Source: Thermodesulfovibrionia bacterium (GTDB lineage: Bacteria; Nitrospirota; Thermodesulfovibrionia; UBA6902). Taken from it: a stretch of 43,129 nt of DNA. The number at the start of each line of letters is the position of its first letter. Position 1 is the stretch's first letter. A program made the position numbers and the translations under genes. Below, in pieces: positions 16,979-26,524 of the stretch. The notes beneath the pieces are model-generated. The model searched no databases and had not been told where the DNA came from. It saw nothing but the letters and a program-made list of their open reading frames with translations. Where the stretch lies: NCBI GenBank assembly GCA_945787795.1, contig CALZJD010000003.1, positions 1-43,129 on the forward strand, given 5' to 3'.

Positions 16979-17002
16979 ATGCCAGAGGTAAACCATTAAA
17001 TT

Positions 17003-17437
17003 ATGGCATTTGAAGAAGAACAGAAAATATTCGACGATTTTGTAAAAAACAGAGGTCTGAAGCATAGCGACCAGAGACGGGAAATTCTTTCGACCTTTCT
17101 GAAAACCGAAAAGCATCTGACTGCTGACGAGCTGTACAGGCTGGTGAAGAAGCGAAACAAGTCAATCGGAACCGCTACTGTGTACAGAACATTGAAACTG
17201 CTTAGTGAAAGCGGTCTGTGCAGGGAATTCAGGCTGGATGACGGAACAGCACGATATGAACATCTTTATGGCCATGACCACCACGACCATCTCATATGTA
17301 CAAGTTGCGGCATTCTTGAAGAAGTGGTTGATCCTGAAATCGAAAAACTCCAGGAAAAGCTGGCAATAAAGCGGGGCTTTAAGATCAGCAACCACAAGAT
17401 GGAGATATACGGCACCTGTCGGAAATGCAGAAATTAA
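17003..17437 (+). CDS. fur: Fur-family transcriptional repressor
   Basis: Winged-helix N-terminus, HHDHLICTSCG...CRKC metal sites, and flanking Fur boxes. Confidence 0.9.
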   Translation: MAFEEEQKIFDDFVKNRGLKHSDQRREILSTFLKTEKHLTADELYRLVKKRNKSIGTATVYRTLKLLSESGLCREFRLDDGTARYEHLYGHDHHDHLICTSCGILEEVVDPEIEKLQEKLAIKRGFKISNHKMEIYGTCRKCRN

Positions 17438-17467
17438 AGAATATTTAATTTTTTTTGATATACAAAT

Positions 17468-17486
17468 GATAATGATTATCATTATT
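17468..17486. promoter_or_regulatory. Fur box upstream of feoA
   Basis: GATAATGATTATCATTATT lies 28 nt before the feoA start. Confidence 0.75.
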
Positions 17487-17513
17487 AATAAAATAAAATT
17501 CGGAGGTTTTTAA

Positions 17514-17756
17514 ATGTTACCACTTGGATTGTTGTCTGAAGGCGAAGCAGCCATGGTCATGCAGGAAGAGGCAAATATGAGGAGCAACCGCGCAGACATA
17601 CTGTGCAGGATCGAAGAAATGGGATTTCGCGCAGGAAAGACCGTTGAGATGCTGAGTAACGAAGGCAAAGGACCGCTCCTGATACGTGTTGACAATGCAC
17701 GGGTCGCCATCGCACGGAGCCTGGCTATGAAGGTAATGGTAAGGAGGACAAATTGA
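17514..17756 (+). CDS. feoA: Ferrous iron transport protein A
   Basis: Small FeoA/SH3-like pattern (L..L..GE.A.V...........R..EMGF..G..V). A GGAGG RBS is present. Confidence 0.8.
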   Translation: MLPLGLLSEGEAAMVMQEEANMRSNRADILCRIEEMGFRAGKTVEMLSNEGKGPLLIRVDNARVAIARSLAMKVMVRRTN

Positions 17757-17980
17757 TGAACCTGGCAAAACTGAAACCCGGAGAGCGGGGACGAATAACA
17801 AAGATAGGCTCCATAGGGCCGATAAAGAGGCGACTTATGGACATGGGAGTTCTTGTCGGTGAAGAAGTGATAGTAGAAAAGATCGCACCCCTCGGAGACC
17901 CTATTGAAGTGACTATTAAAAACTACAGCCTTTCCCTTCGCCGGAAGGAAGCGGAAGGCATTTCCGTGGAGGGCGCATAA
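17756..17980 (+). CDS. feoA: Ferrous iron transport protein A (second copy)
   Basis: LAKLKPGERGRITKI...RRLMDMGVLVGEEV matches FeoA. An AAGGAGG RBS is present and the start overlaps the upstream stop as TGATG. Confidence 0.85.
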   Translation: MNLAKLKPGERGRITKIGSIGPIKRRLMDMGVLVGEEVIVEKIAPLGDPIEVTIKNYSLSLRRKEAEGISVEGA

Positions 17981-20193
17981 TGGATTCTACAGTACTTGAA
18001 ACAAAGGTTGCAGCAGAGCGCAGTCTGATAACAATTGCGATCGCCGGAAACCCGAACTCGGGCAAATCAACTCTAATCAACGCCATCGCCGGAACAAAGC
18101 TGCATGTCGGCAACTGGCCCGGTGTTACCGTTGAGAAAAAGGAGACTGTCTTTGATTACCGCGGCAGAAGGATCAGGCTTGTGGACCTTCCGGGTACCTA
18201 CAGTCTAAGCCCCTATACGCAGGAAGAGATAATAGCACGGGATTACCTTGTACATGAAAAGCCCGATGTGGTCATCAATGTTGTTGATGCCACAAACCTT
18301 GAGAGAAACCTTTATCTTTCTGTGCAGATCCTTGAGCTGGAGATACCGGTTGTCATGGCCCTGAACATATACGACGAAGCAGAGAGGAAAGGCTTCAGTA
18401 TTGATAAAGAAGCAATGCAGGAGATGCTCGACGTAACCATCGTGCCTACGGTAGCTACAAAGAAGACAGGTCTGAGTGAGCTCTTTGAAGCAGTTGTAAA
18501 CATCGTGGACAACGGTCAGACTGGCAGGCCCCGCCATCTTAACTATGGCAACGACATAGAGGCTGCTGCAGGCGATGTACAGAAACGGATCATGGAGACC
18601 GCTCCTTCGCTTGCAAATAAATACCCGCTCAGGTGGCTTGCCTTAAAGGTGCTTGAGGGAGACGACCGCGCCATTGAGGAAAGGGATTTAAATATCACGG
18701 ACTGTACGGATGGCGAGGCAGTGAAACATCTTGTCACCACGCAGGGTGACGATATCGAATCCCTGATGGCCGATGCGCGCTATGCCCAGGCATCAGGGCT
18801 GACAAAAGAGGTCCTGACAAAACCCTCGGTCCGGAAAACGGAACTCACGGAAAGGATCGACAGGGTCGTCCTGAACCGCTACCTCGGCATCCCGATATTC
18901 CTGGCTGCCATGTGGCTTGTCTTTAAACTGACCTTTGATGTCTCCACCCCTTTCGGAGACTGGATAGATGAAATGACGGCGGGACCATTCATGCGCTGGA
19001 CATCAACTGTAATGACCTTCCTGCGCGCACCTGACTGGATGATCTCCCTTGCAACTGACGGGGTGATCGCCGGTGTTGGCTTTGTGCTGGTATTCGTACC
19101 TGTGGTCTTTGCCATGATGTTCTTTATTACCTTTCTTGAGGGAAGCGGCTACATGGCCCGAGCGGCCTTTGTGATGGACAGGGCCATGCACTCAATGGGC
19201 CTTCACGGGAAGTCTTTTATCCCCATGCTGCTCGGATTTGGATGCAACGTGCCGGGTATCTACGCAACAAGAACGCTGGAGAACAACAGGGACAAGGCAC
19301 TGACTGCCCTTCTCATACCTCTCATGTCCTGCGGCGCACGGCTGCCTGTCTATGTTCTTTTTGTAAGTGCCTTCTTCGCTGCCAGCTCCGGCACTGTACT
19401 CTGGTCACTGTACGTGCTCGGCATCGTAATGGCCATCATAGTCGGTATTATATTTAAAAAGACCATATTCAGGGGAGACTCGCCCATGTTTATCATGGAG
19501 CTACCCCCCTACAGGTTTCCATCGATGAGGAACCTGATGATACATACCTGGGAAAAGGGCAAGCACTTTCTTATCAAGGCAGGCACGTACATCTTTGCTG
19601 TGTCCATCATTGTCTGGTTCCTGCTGAACCTGCCCTGGGGAGTAGAACATAAGAAAGACTCCTTTCTGGGACAGACCGCCCAGGTCGTGGCCCCTGCCTT
19701 TGAACCCCTGGGATTTGGGAACTGGGAGGCCTCAGCTGCCCTCATAACCGGCATCATCGCTAAGGAGATCGTGGTAGGCACCATGGGTGAGATCTATATC
19801 CCGGCCTCAAACGGGGAAGCACCGGAGGAAGCAGAAGAAGTACCTACCTTCGGGGAAGACCTGAAACACATGACAGTATCATTCGGAACAGCTGCACGGG
19901 ACTCAGTGCTGAACGTCTTTTCGACCTTTGGTGTCGCGAGCATCTCAGCCGAGGAAGATGAGGAGGCAGGCCCGCTGAAATCAAAGATAATGGATGCATT
20001 CACACCGTTAAGCGCCTATTCCTTCATGACATTTGTGCTGCTCTATATGCCCTGTGTCATCGTGCTCGTTGCCATGAAGCATGAATTCGCCACATGGAAG
20101 TGGGCAGGACTGGCATTTGGCTACCAGATGGTGCTGGCGTGGACCGTATCATTCATCATTTATCAGGGCGGTAAGGCCCTGGGCCTGGGATAG
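17980..20193 (+). CDS. feoB: Ferrous iron transporter FeoB
   Basis: N-terminal G domain (GNPNSGKST, DLPGTYS), then a polytopic membrane domain. The start overlaps the upstream stop as TAATG. Confidence 0.95.
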   Translation: MDSTVLETKVAAERSLITIAIAGNPNSGKSTLINAIAGTKLHVGNWPGVTVEKKETVFDYRGRRIRLVDLPGTYSLSPYTQEEIIARDYLVHEKPDVVINVVDATNLERNLYLSVQILELEIPVVMALNIYDEAERKGFSIDKEAMQEMLDVTIVPTVATKKTGLSELFEAVVNIVDNGQTGRPRHLNYGNDIEAAAGDVQKRIMETAPSLANKYPLRWLALKVLEGDDRAIEERDLNITDCTDGEAVKHLVTTQGDDIESLMADARYAQASGLTKEVLTKPSVRKTELTERIDRVVLNRYLGIPIFLAAMWLVFKLTFDVSTPFGDWIDEMTAGPFMRWTSTVMTFLRAPDWMISLATDGVIAGVGFVLVFVPVVFAMMFFITFLEGSGYMARAAFVMDRAMHSMGLHGKSFIPMLLGFGCNVPGIYATRTLENNRDKALTALLIPLMSCGARLPVYVLFVSAFFAASSGTVLWSLYVLGIVMAIIVGIIFKKTIFRGDSPMFIMELPPYRFPSMRNLMIHTWEKGKHFLIKAGTYIFAVSIIVWFLLNLPWGVEHKKDSFLGQTAQVVAPAFEPLGFGNWEASAALITGIIAKEIVVGTMGEIYIPASNGEAPEEAEEVPTFGEDLKHMTVSFGTAARDSVLNVFSTFGVASISAEEDEEAGPLKSKIMDAFTPLSAYSFMTFVLLYMPCVIVLVAMKHEFATWKWAGLAFGYQMVLAWTVSFIIYQGGKALGLG

Positions 20194-20213
20194 GCCGTTA
20201 ACAAGGAGGATTT

Positions 20214-20378
20214 ATGCAGTTAAGCGATTACATATTAATGGGCCTTATTCTCTCCGGCTCGGTATACATACTGTACCGTTCCCTGTGGAAGAAGAAAGGT
20301 TATTGCCAGGGATGCAGCGCCGGCTCCTGCGACTCAGGAAACAGCCGGAATGCAGAAAAGACCGATCACTGCTGCTGA
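20214..20378 (+). CDS. FeoB-associated Cys-rich small membrane protein (54 aa; absent from ORF track)
   Basis: My own translation is MQLSDYILMGLILSGSVYILYRSLWKKKGYCQGCSAGSCDSGNSRNAEKTDHCC. It has one TM helix and a Cys-rich tail. An AAGGAGG RBS lies 5 nt upstream and the ORF sits immediately after feoB. Confidence 0.7.
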   Translation: MQLSDYILMGLILSGSVYILYRSLWKKKGYCQGCSAGSCDSGNSRNAEKTDHCC

Positions 20379-20592
20379 TCCCATGGTGTGAAATAAACGG
20401 GACCACAGTGATTGCCGATGGGTATGAAAGCACGGGCAATAACATATTTCACAGTAAGTGAATCAATAAAATCATACTTAGGGGCGGGGTTTAACCCTCC
20501 CTTATGCTTTCGAAATAAAACAACTCAAACTTTTTGCCATTACGGCATCCGGTGTTCTTAACACCGTAACATATAAATCCTGGAGGTTAAAA

Positions 20593-21042
20593 ATGAAACA
20601 GAGCATCTTGATAGGACTTATGGCAGCATTGTTTATAGTGTCCAGCTCATTTGCAGAGGAAATCACTTATTCAAAACACATTAAACCAATTATCACGGAG
20701 AAATGTCTTAAATGCCACGGATCAGATGCACCAGAATACAAGGAGTTTAAACTAAACAAAAAGAAATATATTTCTGAGCAAAAAGGTCCCAGAATGGACA
20801 GCTATACGCACATGGTCTATTTTATAGGCTGGCCGGATACGGGTGCCATGATGAGAAGACTGGACGACGGAAGTAGTAAGGATAATGGAATACCAGGCAA
20901 CATGTACAAGAACCTCGGCAATACTGAAGAGGAGAGACAGCAAAATCTGTCATTATTCAAGGAATGGATAGGTATCTGGTCGCTAAACAGGTGGTCGGCT
21001 GTCAGTAAAGATGATCTAAGCAGCATGAAATTGACATACTAG
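20593..21042 (+). CDS. Secreted mono-haem c-type cytochrome domain protein
   Basis: A signal peptide and a single CLKCH haem-binding motif in the context IKPIITEKCLKCHG. A GGAGG RBS is present. Confidence 0.65.
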   Translation: MKQSILIGLMAALFIVSSSFAEEITYSKHIKPIITEKCLKCHGSDAPEYKEFKLNKKKYISEQKGPRMDSYTHMVYFIGWPDTGAMMRRLDDGSSKDNGIPGNMYKNLGNTEEERQQNLSLFKEWIGIWSLNRWSAVSKDDLSSMKLTY

Positions 21043-21052
21043 TAATATCTCT

Positions 21053-21080
21053 TGGAAGGCAGGGCTGATGTCCTGCCTTC
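21053..21080 (+). terminator. Stem-loop after the cytochrome gene
   Basis: GGAAGGCAGG-8 nt-CCTGCCTTCC forms a 10-bp perfect stem. No clear T tract follows. Confidence 0.5.
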
Positions 21081-21527
21081 CATACAGAGTATACAATACG
21101 TTACCGCATTTCAAGTCCCAATTTGCTTATATCACTTAATCGTTAATTAAACCTGGGTAACTATCCACAGGCTTAAGTTTTTAAACATACTATCGCTAAA
21201 ACTAATATATAATTACCCTCACAACCTAAGTCACAGCGGATCATTGATAAATATGATTTATCCTCATTTTCAAAGTAACTGCTGATTCATTGACAACTGA
21301 TATAAGTCAGTGACCTTATAGCTTTTCCCATTTTGAAGCTTTGTCGGTAAACTCGATATAATTATCATTGACCTGTGCTTACCGATAAATAGATGAATTC
21401 GCTAATCTGTGACCTACATCGATTCTGGAGATAACATGATGGAGTCTTTATCTTTACCCCTAATCAGATAAACATTATTTCTTTCAATACATTTTCAATT
21501 ATCGAGATGTATTATGTCAGAAAATTT

Positions 21528-22397
21528 CTAGTGTAAATCTTTTTCTTTTCCCGTCGTATCACGCGACATATCAAAGTTTTCATCAAATAGCGGAACATGA
21601 CATATTAATTCTTCTATATGTTTCAGATCGCTATCTGATATTGACAGGATATCAAGTGAACTCTGGTTAAGGGGGTAGTCTGGATCTTTTTCAAATGGAC
21701 TATAACCGTTTTTAGAAACTAAATAATCAGCAATGTGTATTAAGGCTAATTGCTTTGCATTTTTACCAAGATTTGGCGTGTGATGATATAAAATAGCATT
21801 TATACTAGAATCCGGCAAATTCCATTGAATAGCCAGCCAGTAACCTACCTCAGCATGGGAACTGTTCAGTATATTTTGTTCTGCATCAAGAAGAGACCCC
21901 CCATTATTAAATGAATCCCTGATATTCTGGTAAATATCCGGGAAATATCTATGTAATACTAAATAACCTAAATCGTGTAAGAGACCGAGAATCAGAATAT
22001 CTTCTTCCATGCCTGCCTTGATATGATCAGCTATGAATCGTGCTGCCAGACTAACAGCTATGGAATGATTAAATAACCTTGTGTAGTCAGATATTTTTTT
22101 ACTGTCATCAAGGAAACTCAATACAGATATTCCAACTGCTATGCTTTTGACATTATTAAACCCAATTCTCATAATTGCATTGTCAAGATTAGTGGTCTGA
22201 TAGCGAAACCCGAAAAAAGCTGAGTTTGCAAAGCTTAAGATTTTTGCAGATATAGCAGGGTCTCTTTCCACAATATTCATAAGTTTCTCAATGGAAAGCG
22301 ATGAATCGTTATTTAGATTCATTATTTTCTGAGCAATCAACGGTAAGGTTGGTAGATTCTCAATCTTCTGTATATAAGATTTAATATTATCAGGCAT
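21528..22397 (-). CDS. HDOD-domain signalling protein
   Basis: The N-terminal LPTLPLIAQKIMNL, LLHDLGYLVL and YHH motifs are typical of HDOD. The start is ATG 22397 or GTG 22400. Confidence 0.8.
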   Translation of the reverse strand: MPDNIKSYIQKIENLPTLPLIAQKIMNLNNDSSLSIEKLMNIVERDPAISAKILSFANSAFFGFRYQTTNLDNAIMRIGFNNVKSIAVGISVLSFLDDSKKISDYTRLFNHSIAVSLAARFIADHIKAGMEEDILILGLLHDLGYLVLHRYFPDIYQNIRDSFNNGGSLLDAEQNILNSSHAEVGYWLAIQWNLPDSSINAILYHHTPNLGKNAKQLALIHIADYLVSKNGYSPFEKDPDYPLNQSSLDILSISDSDLKHIEELICHVPLFDENFDMSRDTTGKEKDLH

Positions 22398-22793
22398 CAC
22401 TTATTCTCATGTCGGATAGACCAGAGAAAATCTAAATAAGTTTTTCCCTTATAAGAAAAATAGGGATTCCCCTATCCAGAGCTAACCTTTACTATCCGAT
22501 AGTAGAATTGCCCAATAATTTTTATCACTTTCAGTAAACGGCAGTCATGCCCTCCAAGACTGCCGTCCCTCATTTAAGTCGGGTCGATGTTAATAAACTT
22601 CCCCGCTGCAGGCAGACGGGGTATAAATCCATCCTCATATAAGTACGCCGCAAGCGGCGGTGAATAAAATCCCAGGAGATTAAATTTCAAGAAATAACCG
22701 TTATGAACCGATATGATTATTGATGTTTAATTGCATTGCAAAGGTTAGATATTGTTGAGCAAACAGTAATCTATTAGCAGGAGAGCAGGTTCT

Positions 22794-24116
22794 ATGAAAG
22801 ACGAATTTAACCTGACTGAGTCAGAACAGGATTTTGAAGAAAAAGTATCAGTCATAGCTGATGAGGTCCTTAGTATTCTTAAAGAGCTCCACCAGGAGAA
22901 CAGACAGCAGATAAGCAGCAAACACATATCAGATAAAATGAAATGGAAAGCTTCTGTCAAGAATTTGTTGACAAACAATGAAATGACGAAAGCTGATAAT
23001 GACCCGGACACCGTGGGTCTTAAAGAAATTTCAGATGCCCTGTTAGATAAATTAAAGGAACTGTTGCCCCCTTCCATGACTGATAAGCTTAATGAATTAA
23101 AAGATGAAATACACAACGATACCAATAACCATGGTTCCAGGGACTGGTTAGATTCTCCTATCAACATTATTAAGAAACATATTACTTCCCTTTCACATCG
23201 CAACAAAGAGCTTGAGGAATTTATGGTTGCAGCATTGCAGCACCTCTCAGATACAGAATCTCACCTGGCAAGTGAACTGTCATGCCATCAGGACAAGTTC
23301 AGAGATGATAGAAATTTTGAGGATCAGATTGCTAAAAATATGAATATAATGTCTGAGGACATAACGGTAACGAGTAATGTTAGTTTAATTAAATCAATAT
23401 TAGTAACCAAAATAGAAAATATCAATACGCATATTACTGATAAACGGGATCAGGACATGAGTAAACTAAAGGATACAGAAAAGACACTGGAAGATATGAG
23501 CGCACGTTTGACAGAAATAAAAGAAGAGGCTGATGAGTTACGCAAGAGATCACAGGAAATAGAGGTTGAATCTATTACTGATGCATTGACAGGGATTTAT
23601 AACCGCAAAGGATATGACGATAAAATGTCCGAAACGTTGGCCCATGTCAAGCGCTACGGCATTAAATCATCACTTATTGTTTGTGATATTGATTTCTTTA
23701 AAAAAATTAATGATAACTTCGGACATAAAGTCGGCGACCTGGCCCTCATAAAACTGGCCACCCTGCTGAAAGACCGTCTGAGAACAAATGACTTTATTGC
23801 ACGATTCGGCGGTGAGGAATTTGTGGTAATTCTGCCCCATACAGATATTGAGGGAGCAGCAAAAGCGGGACTGGGTCTGCGGGAGTATATTGACAACGCT
23901 GTTTTTTCATACAAGGGGAAAGAGGTCCCTTTAACTATCAGCATTGGCGTAAGCGAATTCACAAAAGACGATGACAATTCCTCTGTATTTGAAAGAGCTG
24001 ATCATGCACTCTATCTTGCGAAAAAATCTGGCCGAAATACGGTAAAGACGGAAAATGACGTAATTAATAATGGATTGGTTTTGAACAATGCAGACTCAAT
24101 CCCTGTCTCAGATTAA
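22794..24116 (+). CDS. Diguanylate cyclase (GGDEF) with long N-terminal coiled-coil region
   Basis: The active site is RFGGEEF. An RTND (RxxD) I-site lies 5 residues upstream. The GGDEF fold motifs DALTGIYNR and DIDFFKKINDNFGH are present. Confidence 0.9.
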   Translation: MKDEFNLTESEQDFEEKVSVIADEVLSILKELHQENRQQISSKHISDKMKWKASVKNLLTNNEMTKADNDPDTVGLKEISDALLDKLKELLPPSMTDKLNELKDEIHNDTNNHGSRDWLDSPINIIKKHITSLSHRNKELEEFMVAALQHLSDTESHLASELSCHQDKFRDDRNFEDQIAKNMNIMSEDITVTSNVSLIKSILVTKIENINTHITDKRDQDMSKLKDTEKTLEDMSARLTEIKEEADELRKRSQEIEVESITDALTGIYNRKGYDDKMSETLAHVKRYGIKSSLIVCDIDFFKKINDNFGHKVGDLALIKLATLLKDRLRTNDFIARFGGEEFVVILPHTDIEGAAKAGLGLREYIDNAVFSYKGKEVPLTISIGVSEFTKDDDNSSVFERADHALYLAKKSGRNTVKTENDVINNGLVLNNADSIPVSD

Positions 24117-24240
24117 ATAAAATTTGCAGGTTGCTAATAGTACGAAATGAGCGTGATAATCCTAAATTTTATAGTTATCTCATAGAAACGATTGCACAAA
24201 TACTTCAACCATAATCTTAGACAGTCTGAAAGGACATTAT

Positions 24241-25044
24241 ATGAACTCTGAAGCAATATACTACAAATTCGTTATTATATCTGTCTTGTCTTTCATCGTT
24301 ATATCTACAGGGGCATTTGAGGCGGACGCTAAACAGCCTTTCTCTGAAAACTCTACTATCATTGCCTCGCTATCCGACTCCGGGCTTAGCAGTACAGCAC
24401 TGGAATATTACAAACAGGGAATGAAATACAGCAAGGCCGGCAAACATAAGAATGCGATAACTGCTTTTAAAAAAGCTATCCAAATAGCACCTGACTACAT
24501 TTATGCACACAATGATCTCGGAAATGCATATGTAGACCTGAAGAAATATAATGACGCTGTAAGAGCGTACAAAAATGCGATCAGAATCAAACCGGATTTT
24601 ATCGCGGCCTTAAAAAACCTTGCCTATACATTGGCCATACAGAGGGAGTACAAAAAAGAAATATCCGCCCACAAAAAGGTTCTTTTTTATAAGCTGGATG
24701 ATACTGAAACACATTATAATCTGGGAGTCGCTTACAGCAAGTTGAAAAAGTACGAGGAAGCGATAGCATCATATAATAAAGCATTGAAAATTAATCCGTC
24801 CATGGCAGATGCATACTATAACCTTGGGGTCACCTACAGCAAGCTGAACAAACATATTGAGGCTAAGGATTCTTACAGGAAAATGCTTGCCTTACATCCT
24901 GATGATCCTGGTGCCCGCTACAACCTGGGAGTTACCTATCTTAACCTTGAAGATAAAAAGTCAGCGTTACAGGAGTATGAAACTCTGAAGAAGATCGATT
25001 CCAAGACAGCCCTCCAATTGCTGGATCTCATTAATAATAAGTAA
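24241..25044 (+). CDS. Secreted tetratricopeptide-repeat protein
   Basis: A signal peptide is followed by about six 34-aa TPR units (A...Y...G.AY..L..Y..A...Y..A..I.P). Confidence 0.85.
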   Translation: MNSEAIYYKFVIISVLSFIVISTGAFEADAKQPFSENSTIIASLSDSGLSSTALEYYKQGMKYSKAGKHKNAITAFKKAIQIAPDYIYAHNDLGNAYVDLKKYNDAVRAYKNAIRIKPDFIAALKNLAYTLAIQREYKKEISAHKKVLFYKLDDTETHYNLGVAYSKLKKYEEAIASYNKALKINPSMADAYYNLGVTYSKLNKHIEAKDSYRKMLALHPDDPGARYNLGVTYLNLEDKKSALQEYETLKKIDSKTALQLLDLINNK

Positions 25045-25065
25045 CGGATAGCAATTAACAAGAGG

Positions 25066-25214
25066 TTCTAATTAGTTACTGTTGCGGAAAGCCAAAATTC
25101 TAATAACTGTCATTCTGAACTTGTTTCAGAATCTCAAGGTATCAATAACATAGGAGATCCTGAAACAAGTTCAGGGTGACAAATAACAACATCCGCAACA
25201 GGAACTAATTAGAA
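25066..25214. mobile_element. MITE-like 149-bp element with 23-bp terminal inverted repeats enclosing a TGTCATTC nested palindrome
   Basis: TTCTAATTAGTTACTGTTGCGGA (25066-25088) matches the reverse complement of 25192-25214 at 22/23 positions. The internal pair tgtcattctgaac..ttcagaatc / gatcctgaaac..gttcagggtgaca lies at 25108-25181. Confidence 0.6.
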
Positions 25215-25215
25215 A

Positions 25216-25872
25216 TCAGTAGGGATTGCATACCTTCACGCAAAGTCCGCAGATGTATTGACCAACATTGTGGGCTTTGGCAAAGTATTTTAATTTCTCC
25301 AGACAGGCAGGTTTGTTCCAGTCTTTATGGGAGTCTTTAATAGCAGACACCGGGCAAACGGCAATGCACTTTTTACATTCACCGCAGTCCTGTTCAACCG
25401 GTTTGTCCGCCTCAAGCGGCATATCAGTCAGTAAGGTTGCAATCCTTATTTTCGAGCCATATGTTGGGCTTACCAACAGGTTATTCCTTCCTATCCAGCC
25501 CAGCCCCGACCTTATCGCAGCCATTTTATGAGACATGTGCGCTGTCTGCTTTTCCCAGTCAACGATCTGGCTTGCAGGGATCGGCATGGCATTATAGCCT
25601 CTGTTCTGAATTATTCCTGTAAGCTTTGCAGCGGTCTGGTCGAGCATCCAGTTGACCATTCTGTAATTGTGAAGATAATGGCGGGTCGGTCCGATGATAC
25701 ATCCTTTTAAAACCGCGGATGAAACGCTCCCCCCGATTGATATGGCATAAGACAGTCCCTCTGTCTGGTCCATGGGAAGGGCATCAAAATGGGGTCTTAA
25801 ATCGTCAATATTGGATACGCCGAATTCGGTTGGTCCGGATGCAAGTGTAAAGGCCTTTAACTCATCATACAT
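25216..25872 (-). CDS. 4Fe-4S dicluster protein, epoxyqueuosine reductase (QueG)/reductive-dehalogenase-like, short form
   Basis: Two ferredoxin-type Cys motifs are present (CGECKKCIAVCP, CGLCVKVCNP). At 218 aa it is shorter than canonical QueG. Confidence 0.5.
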   Translation of the reverse strand: MYDELKAFTLASGPTEFGVSNIDDLRPHFDALPMDQTEGLSYAISIGGSVSSAVLKGCIIGPTRHYLHNYRMVNWMLDQTAAKLTGIIQNRGYNAMPIPASQIVDWEKQTAHMSHKMAAIRSGLGWIGRNNLLVSPTYGSKIRIATLLTDMPLEADKPVEQDCGECKKCIAVCPVSAIKDSHKDWNKPACLEKLKYFAKAHNVGQYICGLCVKVCNPY

Positions 25873-25876
25873 GAAG

Positions 25877-26392
25877 CTATAACCACTTCTCTATAATGGC
25901 CGTAGTTTCTTCATTGCCCCATTCCTTTGGTCCGACCAGTTTTTCCCGGATAATACCTTCCTTGTCGATAATGAACGTTTCGGGAACTCCGGTTATACCG
26001 TAGATCTTTCCTGCTTCATTATCAGGACTTATAAGAGTAGGTGCCTTGACTGTATGCGTCCTGTAATATTCCGGCAGGTTTGCAGGATCATCCCTGAAGA
26101 GCATACCAAACATCTTAAAGGGCCTGCCCTGCATTTTTTCGTAAAGGACCTGCTTGTGAGGCATTTCAGCTTCACAGGTAGTACACCAGGTCGCCCAGAA
26201 ATTTATAAATACGACATTCCCTTTCAGATCAGCAAGCTTCCAGATTTTTCCTGTTGAATCCGGATATTCAAACAACGGAGCGGCCTGTCCGACTTCGGCG
26301 ATACGTTCATACTTCTTTGTTTCGGGCATCATGAACAATGCTGCAGCACAGATTCCTATTATGACGATGAGGACTATTGCTTTACTATTCAC
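25877..26392 (-). CDS. TlpA/ResA-family thiol:disulfide oxidoreductase
   Basis: N-terminal TM anchor and a thioredoxin fold with the WCTTC active site. The start is GTG. Confidence 0.85.
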   Translation of the reverse strand: MNSKAIVLIVIIGICAAALFMMPETKKYERIAEVGQAAPLFEYPDSTGKIWKLADLKGNVVFINFWATWCTTCEAEMPHKQVLYEKMQGRPFKMFGMLFRDDPANLPEYYRTHTVKAPTLISPDNEAGKIYGITGVPETFIIDKEGIIREKLVGPKEWGNEETTAIIEKWL

Positions 26393-26524
26393 TTAATGTT
26401 ACCCCCTGAATCTCAGATTATGTTTTCTAATATTACTCATAATTATGAATATGTTATGAATCGATATGCTCACTATACTACATTATTCATAATTTCCGTT
26501 TTTGAGAAATACGTCACTGGCGCA

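Noticed and set aside
20081-20461. 126-aa ORF overlapping the feoB 3' end and downstream spacer
   Set aside because: It is out of frame within feoB, is Arg/Trp-rich with a shadow-like composition, and conflicts with the well-supported small Cys-rich ORF.
22401-22793. c-di-GMP riboswitch upstream of the GGDEF gene
   Set aside because: I could see no resemblance to the GEMM-I conserved tetraloop/receptor motifs. The region is kept only as an unexplained structured spacer.
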